Below are positions 56,602 to 64,000 of a stretch of 64,000 bases of DNA, piece after piece. Origin of the DNA: a virus (lineage: Duplodnaviria; Caudoviricetes); IMG/VR virus record IMGVR_UViG_2934390892_000001, positions 1 to 64,000 of that record. One strand, given 5' to 3'. A program made the position numbers and the translations under genes. The notes under the pieces were generated by a model that was not told where the DNA came from, did not search any database, and saw only the letters and a program-made list of their open reading frames with translations. Positions within the stretch are counted from its first letter, which is position 1. Each line of letters starts with the position of its first letter.

Positions 56602-59600
56602 ATGGCGGCCGAGGTCGGCTCCGCGTACGTCACGATCCTGCCCAGCGCCCGTGGTTTCCGCAGGGCGCTGGAGAAGGAACTCGACACCCCGATCCGAGAC
56701 TCGGGACAGAAGGCAGGCAAGTCCCTCGGCGACGCCATCTCCAAGGAAGGCGGACCGGCCGGAGACCGGTTCGGCAAGAACTTCACCCGATCGCTGATCC
56801 CCAGCCTGAACGGCGCCACGGCGGCGGTCGGCAGGTTCGGCGTCACTATGACGGCGGCGCTGCTGCCGAGCCTTGGCCAGGTCACGGCGGGCATCGCGAA
56901 AATCGGTGCCGGGGCGGGGGCGTTCTCGCTCCTCGCCGCTGGCGCCGGTACGGCGGCCGTACAGGTGGCAGGGCTCGTGGCGGCTCTCGCTCCTGCTGCT
57001 GGGGCGTTGGCGGCGCTCCCCGGTGCGGGCCTGCTGGCGGCGGGCGCTCTCGGCACGCTCAAGCTTGCGCTTTCGGGTGTTGCTGAGGGCTTCGCCGCGG
57101 CAATCTCGGGCGACTTCGACAAGTTCATGGAGGGCACCAAGGGCCTGTCCGCCGCCGCGGGCGAGGTCGCCTACGAGCTTTTCCAGATGGCGCCGGCCTT
57201 CCAGGGCGTCAAGGAAGCCGTCCAGAACGCCGTCTTCGGCCCGCTGGTCGGGCAGATGTGGTCGCTGCTGCCCGCCATCAACGCGGTCACGGCGGGCATG
57301 GTCGGCGTGGCCACGCAGTTCGGCAACGCCGCCCTGCAGATCGTCGACTTCGTCCGCTCCGCGGAGACGATCGCAGCCGTCCAGTCCGTCTTCGAGTCGT
57401 TGCGCACGTCGATCGCGGCGATGCTGCCCGCGCTACGGCCGCTGCTGGACGGGTTCCGGGATCTCGGCGTCGTCGGCGCGCAGTGGCTGTCCGGTCTCAC
57501 GCCCGGCATCGCTGACGCCGTCGCGCGTTTCGGCGAGTTCCTTTCCAGCGCCGCCGCCTCCGGCAAGGCGCTGGCGTGGATGGACGGCGCGCTCGTCGTC
57601 TTCAAGCAGCTCGGCGCCATCCTCCAAGATCTCGGCGGGATTGTCTCCGGCGTCTTCGGCGCCATGGCATCCGCTGGCACGGGCGCGCTCGGCGTGCTGG
57701 GCCAGCTGCTGGACGCGGCGAACGCATGGGTGAACTCCGCCAGCGGCCAGCAGGCGCTGGTGGCCATCTTCCAGTCGCTGGCCCAAGCCGGCAAGGCGCT
57801 GGTGCCGGTCATCACCGCGATCGCGACCGGGATAGGTGCGCTGGCGCCGTTCGTCGCCGACCTGGCGACCGCGTTCGGGCCGATCCTCACCACGGCGATC
57901 CAGGCGATCGTGCCTGCCCTGGCCGCGATCGCGCCCAGCATCGTCACCGTCATCAACGGGCTCGGCGGCGCCGTGCAGGCGCTCGCTCCTGCCCTGCTGC
58001 CGCTCGGGCAGACGATTTCCGGCCTGTTCCAGACGGTCGCGCCGGTGTTCGCCCAGATCGGTCAGGCCGCCGCAGCACTGCTGCCCGGCATCCAGGCCGT
58101 CGTCCAGGGCGTCGGCGGGGCTATCGCCGCGCTCGGGCCGGCGCTGGTTCCGATCGCGCAGGGCATCTCTGCCGCCTTCGGCGCGGTCGGCCCGGTCGTC
58201 GCCCAGTTCGGTCAGGTGCTCGGCGGTGTCGTGACCGCCGTCGCCCCTCTGCTGCCCGTCGTCGGGGAGCTGGCGGCGACGGTCGGTGGCACCTTCCTGT
58301 CCGCGGTGTCCGCCCTGACGCCGATGCTGGGCCCGCTCGTTTCCGCGGTCGGCCAGGTGGCTGTCGTCATGTCGCCGCTGATCGCCCAGGTGGGTCAGCT
58401 CGCCGCCATGCTGCTGTCCGGGCTGCTAGCCGCAATCACCCCGTTGTTGCCTGCCCTTTCGCAGGTTGCCGCTGCCCTGAGCGGAGCCCTGCTCGGTGCG
58501 GTCGGGCAGATCGGCGCCGCGTTGCTGCCGCTCGTGCCCATCGTCGCGAACCTGGCCGCCACACTCGGCACCACCCTGGCGGGCGCGATCTCCACGCTGG
58601 CGCCGCTCGTCACGCCGATCGTGGCCGCGGTCGGCCAGTTCGTCGCCGCGGTCACGCCGCTGCTCGGGCAGGTCCTCCAGCTCGCGTCTGCAATCCTGTC
58701 GGCGCTGTTGCCTGCCTTGACTCCGCTGATCGGGACGTTCCAGCAGGTCGTCACCGTGCTCGGCGGGGCCCTGATCCAGGGGTTCACCACACTGGTGAAC
58801 GCGATCGCGCCTCTGCTGCCGGTCCTCGCCCAGCTGGTGCAGACGCTGGTAGGGGCGCTTCTGCCAGCGATCACGCCGCTGATTCCGATCGTCGCGCAGA
58901 TCGCGGCGACGCTCGGCGGCGCGTTCGTTCAGGCGATCAGCATCATCGTGCAGGCTGTCACGCCACTCATCCAGGTGCTCGGACAGGCCTACCAGCTCAT
59001 CGGCCAGCAGCTGCTGGCGGCGGTCCAGTCGATCGTCCCGTACGTCTCCCAGTTCGCTCAGGCGATCGCCGGGCTGGCGCCGATCCTGGGTCAACTGGTC
59101 ACCGCCGCGCTGCCCATCATGGTGCAACTGATCCAGATGTTGGCGCCGATCGTGGGCCAACTGGTGACGGCGTTCGGAACGTTGTTGCAGGCGCTCGCGC
59201 CTCTGCTGCCGATCGTGGTGCAGATCGCCGGAGTGATCGGGCAGACGCTGCTGTCGGTCATCTCCAGCCTGCTGCAGGCGGTCACACCGCTGCTGGGTCC
59301 GCTCGGCGAGTTGGCGGTGACGATCGGGCAGGTCCTGCTGAAAGCGGTTCAGGCGGTCGCACCATTCGTGGTGGCGCTGGCGAAGTCGATCGCCCAGCTC
59401 GTGCCGGTGTTCGTGCCGTTGATTGAGCTTGCGACGCAGATCGCAGCCCAACTGGGCGGCATCCTCGTGCAGGCCATCACGACCCTGGTCACGGCACTGA
59501 CACCGGTCCTGCCGGTGATCGTCGAACTGGCGTCGCAGATCGGCACGGCCCTCGTGACGGCGCTGCAGGCGGTCGCGCCCGCACTGCTGTCCATCGTGCA

Positions 59601-61134
59601 GGCGGTCGTCGGCTTGCTGCCGTCGTTGACGCCTTTGATCGGGCTGGTTGCTCAACTACTGCAGGCGATCGTCCCGCTCGTCGTCCAGTTCCTGCCCATC
59701 TTCGTGACGCTGATCCAAACGCTCGCGCCGGTCGTGGTCGCCCTCGCCGGCGTGGTCGGGCAGCTGCTGGCCGCGCTCATGCCTGTAGCGGCGATCCTCA
59801 TCGACCTGGCGCTCAAGATCCTCACACCCTTGATCGGGATCGTGCTTCAGGTAGTCCAGGCGCTCATGCCGCTCATCCAGGCGGTCCTGCCGGTCCTGGT
59901 CACGCTGATTCAAGCCGTGGCGCCGATCCTCGGGCTGGTAGCCAACGTGTTCGGGCAGCTACTGCAGGCGGTCAGCCCGCTGATCGACGTGCTGCTGCAA
60001 CTCGTGATGGCCGTCCTCACACCGCTGCTGCCGCTGATCGACGCGATAGCGCCGCTGTTGACCACCATCATCGGCCTGTTCGCGCAGCTCGTGACGGCGG
60101 TCATGCCGCTGATCGAAGTCCTGCTCAACCTCATCGTCTCGGTCCTCACCCCGCTGATCGACATCATCGCGACCGTCATCTCGTGGCTCGTCGACAAGCT
60201 GGCCGTCGCGATCCAATGGGTGGCCGACATCATCAAGGTCGCCGTCCAGGCCATCGTGGACGTCTTCCAGTGGCTGTATGACCTGCTCGTCGGACACAGC
60301 ATCATCCCCGACCTGATCCAGGGCATCCGCGACTGGTTCCAAAAGGGCGTCGACTGGGTGCGCGGCATCATCCAGTGGTTCGGCGAATTGCCCGGCCTGA
60401 TCGGCGGCTGGCTCGGCACCGTGCTGGCCAAGGTCAGCGAGATCTGGAACAACATCCGCGAAGCCGTCTCCCAGCACATCAACCAAGTCCGGGAGACGAT
60501 CTCCAACGTTGCCAACCAGATCAGCCAGCGATGGAACGAGTTCTGGGGCAACGTCGGCACCACCCTGTCCAACGCCTGGAACAACATCCGGAACGCCGTC
60601 AGCAACGGCATCAACGACGTCCTCAACTGGTTCCGCAACCTGCCCGGCCAGATCGTCGGCGTCCTCGGCAACCTGGGCGGCCTGCTCCAAGGCGTCGGCC
60701 ATGACCTGATCATCGGGTTGTGGAACGGCATGGTGGCGATGTTCGACTGGTTCAAGAACGCCATCTGGGGCTTCTTTTCCGCGATCATGCCGCAGTGGGT
60801 CAAAGACGCGCTCGGCATCGCCAGCCCATCGAAGGTCTTCATGGAGATGGGCCGAGAACTGCCCGCCGGTATGGCGATCGGCATCGAGAAGGCTTCCGGC
60901 TTGGTGGAGTCCGCCGTTCAAGGGCTGGCGGGCACCGCGACCATCGCCGCCACCACGGACGTGTCCGTCGCGTCGCCGAACGCGGGCGGTATCACGGTGG
61001 CCGGCGACCTGGTGCTGCCCGTGGACGGGCTCATCCTCGACCTGCGCAAGCCCGACCAGGCCGTCCGTCAGTTCCTGGAGCAGGTACGTGAAGGGCTCCG
61101 CGGCCTGGAGAAGGAGGCGGCGTGGGCGAACTGA
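56602..61134 (+). CDS. Tape measure protein
   Basis: 1510 aa; EVGSAYVTILPS start, long amphipathic repeats, LGIASPSKVF motif. Confidence 0.95.
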   Translation: MAAEVGSAYVTILPSARGFRRALEKELDTPIRDSGQKAGKSLGDAISKEGGPAGDRFGKNFTRSLIPSLNGATAAVGRFGVTMTAALLPSLGQVTAGIAKIGAGAGAFSLLAAGAGTAAVQVAGLVAALAPAAGALAALPGAGLLAAGALGTLKLALSGVAEGFAAAISGDFDKFMEGTKGLSAAAGEVAYELFQMAPAFQGVKEAVQNAVFGPLVGQMWSLLPAINAVTAGMVGVATQFGNAALQIVDFVRSAETIAAVQSVFESLRTSIAAMLPALRPLLDGFRDLGVVGAQWLSGLTPGIADAVARFGEFLSSAAASGKALAWMDGALVVFKQLGAILQDLGGIVSGVFGAMASAGTGALGVLGQLLDAANAWVNSASGQQALVAIFQSLAQAGKALVPVITAIATGIGALAPFVADLATAFGPILTTAIQAIVPALAAIAPSIVTVINGLGGAVQALAPALLPLGQTISGLFQTVAPVFAQIGQAAAALLPGIQAVVQGVGGAIAALGPALVPIAQGISAAFGAVGPVVAQFGQVLGGVVTAVAPLLPVVGELAATVGGTFLSAVSALTPMLGPLVSAVGQVAVVMSPLIAQVGQLAAMLLSGLLAAITPLLPALSQVAAALSGALLGAVGQIGAALLPLVPIVANLAATLGTTLAGAISTLAPLVTPIVAAVGQFVAAVTPLLGQVLQLASAILSALLPALTPLIGTFQQVVTVLGGALIQGFTTLVNAIAPLLPVLAQLVQTLVGALLPAITPLIPIVAQIAATLGGAFVQAISIIVQAVTPLIQVLGQAYQLIGQQLLAAVQSIVPYVSQFAQAIAGLAPILGQLVTAALPIMVQLIQMLAPIVGQLVTAFGTLLQALAPLLPIVVQIAGVIGQTLLSVISSLLQAVTPLLGPLGELAVTIGQVLLKAVQAVAPFVVALAKSIAQLVPVFVPLIELATQIAAQLGGILVQAITTLVTALTPVLPVIVELASQIGTALVTALQAVAPALLSIVQAVVGLLPSLTPLIGLVAQLLQAIVPLVVQFLPIFVTLIQTLAPVVVALAGVVGQLLAALMPVAAILIDLALKILTPLIGIVLQVVQALMPLIQAVLPVLVTLIQAVAPILGLVANVFGQLLQAVSPLIDVLLQLVMAVLTPLLPLIDAIAPLLTTIIGLFAQLVTAVMPLIEVLLNLIVSVLTPLIDIIATVISWLVDKLAVAIQWVADIIKVAVQAIVDVFQWLYDLLVGHSIIPDLIQGIRDWFQKGVDWVRGIIQWFGELPGLIGGWLGTVLAKVSEIWNNIREAVSQHINQVRETISNVANQISQRWNEFWGNVGTTLSNAWNNIRNAVSNGINDVLNWFRNLPGQIVGVLGNLGGLLQGVGHDLIIGLWNGMVAMFDWFKNAIWGFFSAIMPQWVKDALGIASPSKVFMEMGRELPAGMAIGIEKASGLVESAVQGLAGTATIAATTDVSVASPNAGGITVAGDLVLPVDGLILDLRKPDQAVRQFLEQVREGLRGLEKEAAWAN

Positions 61135-62300
61135 GCATCGGCCGGTACACGGTCCGCGAGACGTGGAGCGTCTCCGAGACAGGCGCCGGCGTCCTGCAGG
61201 TGGCCGGCCGTGAGGTGATGCCGCCGCTGACCCGAGCCGAGGTGGTGTACCGGTATGAGAGCGCGCTCGGGTCGCAACGTCTGCTGGTGCCGGTCGTGTG
61301 GGAGGACAAGCCCGAGAGAAGCGGCTACTACACGGTGACGTCGGCGTCCGGCGACATCATGGACCGGGCCGCTGAGGGCGTGGTGACCGCCGAGTGGAAG
61401 ATGAGCCTCGCCCGGTACGGCAGCGACACCGACGTGGATCTGGAGAGCAGGCTCACGGGCGCGGTGCGGGCGAACGACTTCTCGCTGTCGGGGGAGCGCT
61501 GGCACGCTCCGCCGATTGGCCATTACGCCTACTACACCGGTTCGACAATCCCGTCCACGATGACGCGGACCGGCTCTGACGGGGCGATGACCGTCTACCG
61601 GGGAGTCCCCGCCAACACCTCCCCGAGGTGGGGTTGCGCCGTCGGCGACTACCTGAACGGGCGGGTGCGGATCCTGTCGGTCGGCTACGAACGCGTCGGT
61701 GTCGGGCAGGCGGTGGACGCCGACGACTGGGAGATGAACAACGCCCTGGTCAGGGTTCGTCCGCTGCTGTCCGGCGGCACGCTGGAGATCTCAGCGTTCA
61801 CGGGCGGGGCGTGGCGTACGAAGGCGTGGTGGGCCGACATCGGCGGGACGCAGATCGCCCGGTTCGAGGCGGCCACAATCCTCCGGAACGACCCGGAGAT
61901 GTGCGTGCTGCGACTAACGGAGCATCGCTCTACGGTCGGCCGGGCGGTGCTGGACCTCACGCTCAGGCGAGGATCGCGCACGGTTGAGGGCTACCTCCAG
62001 CGAGGTGACTCGGGGACGCTCAGCGTCTACCTGGCGACCGCCGAGAGCATGACCGACAGCACCTCGTACGTGGTGAAGACGACCAACGACGCCGACGGCA
62101 ACCGCGCCATCGCAGGCAGCGCGCGGAACTTCGATCCACACGCGTCGGGCGGTCTGACCAAGACGTCCACCACATGGCTGGACTTCTACATCGGCGTGGT
62201 CGCAGCGGGCGGATCGGCCGTCTCGGGGGATCAAGCCACCAACCTCAGGGATCAGTACATCGCCTGCATGCCGGAGACCACGATGGCGGTGAAGCGGTGA
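61122..62300 (+). CDS. Minor tail protein (distal tail)
   Basis: Follows the tape measure gene; beta-rich. Confidence 0.7.
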   Translation: MGELSIGRYTVRETWSVSETGAGVLQVAGREVMPPLTRAEVVYRYESALGSQRLLVPVVWEDKPERSGYYTVTSASGDIMDRAAEGVVTAEWKMSLARYGSDTDVDLESRLTGAVRANDFSLSGERWHAPPIGHYAYYTGSTIPSTMTRTGSDGAMTVYRGVPANTSPRWGCAVGDYLNGRVRILSVGYERVGVGQAVDADDWEMNNALVRVRPLLSGGTLEISAFTGGAWRTKAWWADIGGTQIARFEAATILRNDPEMCVLRLTEHRSTVGRAVLDLTLRRGSRTVEGYLQRGDSGTLSVYLATAESMTDSTSYVVKTTNDADGNRAIAGSARNFDPHASGGLTKTSTTWLDFYIGVVAAGGSAVSGDQATNLRDQYIACMPETTMAVKR

Positions 62301-64000
62301 CCGTCAACGAACAGCTGATGGGGCTCGGGTCGTGGGGCATCACCCTGGACGAGCGGACCCCACGCGAGATCCTTGACCGGCTGGCCTACTTCGGCCACGT
62401 CGCGATCGTCCCCGGCAGGGTGAACCCGGCGGAGTACAACGATGCCCTGCTGGCCATGGCCCGGTACGTGGGTGTGGTCACGAAGCGGGAGTTCGACGAC
62501 GTCAAGCGCATCGGCGGCCAGGGCATGGCGCTCTGGCTGGGCGACTCCGACGACAAGGGCGAGGTGTTCGAGTCGCCGGTGAACATCACCGGGCAGACGT
62601 TCCCGAGCGCCATCAGCATCCTGCTCGGCTCCAGCACTGCAGTGGTCGCAGGCACCTTGTACTCGGCGGCGGGTGCGTACTCCGGCCAGCACGTGTGGCA
62701 GTCCCGCGGCAAGGCGATCGACTACGTCTGCCAGACCATGAACTGCGAGTGGAGGGTGAACGGTAACGCCACCCTCGACGCCGGCCCGATCGCGAACCTG
62801 TTTGTCACCTCTCCGACGTGTGTGGTGGTCCGTAAGGACGCGGGCAAGGATTTGATGCTGACCGGCCTGACCGGCGACATGACCTTGTCGCGGGACGTGG
62901 AGGACTTCACGACGCGTGTGGTGCTGCTGGCGGAGGGCGAGGGCGAGTCAACTGCCACGGGCAGCGCGAACATCATCTCCAACCCTTACCTGGACATCAG
63001 GGGGAACCCGATCAAGAGGGTGCGGCTGGTCAGCGAGTCGGCCACCTCGACGGGAAACGCGGACACTCGCGCCCAGTTGCAGCTCAACCGCTTCACGGGG
63101 ACTCGGAACGCGCTGAAACTGTCGGCGCAGAACTTCGAGTTCGACGGGTCGTTCAAGACTGGCGACTACGTGTGGGTGTACGACCCGGACGCGGGTCTGT
63201 TCGACACGAGCCAGGAGATCACGTTCAGGGGCCAGCGGATCAACCCGATCAAGTTGCGGGTAGTCGAGACGTCATGGCCGGTCACGGATCAGATGACGGT
63301 CGCCTACCGGCACCAGGACGGTTCGTGGATCAACCTGACCGACTTCTTCGACCCTGAGGAGGGGTCGACGTCGATCGGTGTGGGGGAGCTGTCCCGGTCC
63401 TTGACGAACGCGGGGACTGAGCCTGTCGGGCCGAGACCGATCCCCGACACGACGGTGCCGGGCACCGTCACCTGGGATCTCCCATTCACTACGGGCGTCT
63501 ACCTGGACGCGCTGGGGTTCACCAAAGCTCGGATCCTGGTGTCGTGGCTGTTGCCGCTGAACGTCGACGGCTCCACCGTCTTGGACGGCTCGCACTACGA
63601 GATCCGGTACGGGATCAGCCCTGCGACTGACTGGCAGATCGAGTTCGCGCCGTGGGGGACATTCCAGGCCAACATCCTGGACCTGTCGCCCGGCGTGGAC
63701 TACGACTTCCAGATCCGAGCCGTGGATTTGGCCGGGAACCAGGGCGCCTGGTCTGCGACGGAGACGGCGACAGCGAACCCGGACACGATTCCACCGAGCA
63801 CGCCCGCCGCGCCCACCGTGGCCGCGTCGCTGATCGCCATCCAGATCACCCACCAGTTGGGCAAGGCGAGTGGCGGCACGTTCAACCTCGAACTCGACCT
63901 CGACCACCTTGAAGTGCATGTCGGCGCAACGTCGGGGTTCACGCCCGACAGCACGACGCTTCGCGGCAAGGTGGCTGCGAACGCCGGGATGATGCAGGCG
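62297..64000 (+). CDS. Minor tail protein with FnIII-like domains (truncated by the window end)
   Basis: GTGA overlap at 62297; reading frame continues to the window edge; LSPGVDYDFQIRAVDLAGNQGAWS FnIII motif. Confidence 0.75.
   Translation, partial: MTVNEQLMGLGSWGITLDERTPREILDRLAYFGHVAIVPGRVNPAEYNDALLAMARYVGVVTKREFDDVKRIGGQGMALWLGDSDDKGEVFESPVNITGQTFPSAISILLGSSTAVVAGTLYSAAGAYSGQHVWQSRGKAIDYVCQTMNCEWRVNGNATLDAGPIANLFVTSPTCVVVRKDAGKDLMLTGLTGDMTLSRDVEDFTTRVVLLAEGEGESTATGSANIISNPYLDIRGNPIKRVRLVSESATSTGNADTRAQLQLNRFTGTRNALKLSAQNFEFDGSFKTGDYVWVYDPDAGLFDTSQEITFRGQRINPIKLRVVETSWPVTDQMTVAYRHQDGSWINLTDFFDPEEGSTSIGVGELSRSLTNAGTEPVGPRPIPDTTVPGTVTWDLPFTTGVYLDALGFTKARILVSWLLPLNVDGSTVLDGSHYEIRYGISPATDWQIEFAPWGTFQANILDLSPGVDYDFQIRAVDLAGNQGAWSATETATANPDTIPPSTPAAPTVAASLIAIQITHQLGKASGGTFNLELDLDHLEVHVGATSGFTPDSTTLRGKVAANAGMMQA

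Larger units (their letters stand above)
1..64000. mobile_element. Temperate actinobacterial siphovirus / prophage (right end outside the window)
   Basis: Integrase, immunity, replication, head and tail modules in canonical order; WhiB and DUF397 point to an actinomycete host. Confidence 0.95.

Noticed and set aside
57600-60300. Repeat array in the tape measure gene
   Set aside because: Ordinary protein-level amphipathic repeats of a tape measure protein

Overview
High-GC actinomycete temperate siphovirus (prophage), about 64 kb, running from the integrase at the left edge through immunity, early/recombination, replication, a long accessory region, a pre-terminase decoration/glycosylation block, head genes and tail genes; it is cut off inside a minor tail gene and no lysis genes are in the window. 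Two candidate RNA-guided systems sit in the early region. (1) 4982-6614: 12 tandem ~60-nt hairpins, each enclosing a fixed-geometry core CCA-N9-CG-N4-CCA-N9-CG, next to a nuclease-less Nop/IS110-C-terminal-like protein, i.e. a stem-loop TIGR/TasA-like locus. The array is in frame with the protein's ORF, and two more guide units lie inside the Nop-domain coding sequence. (2) 17682-18880: a stand-alone Cas7/RAMP-like gene followed by a C-rich array of CGAC-initiated ~34-nt units with 5-nt NN-RCC periodicity (GGY-NN on the minus strand), resembling a VIPR-type system. Family assignments come from motif recognition by eye; no database search was run.
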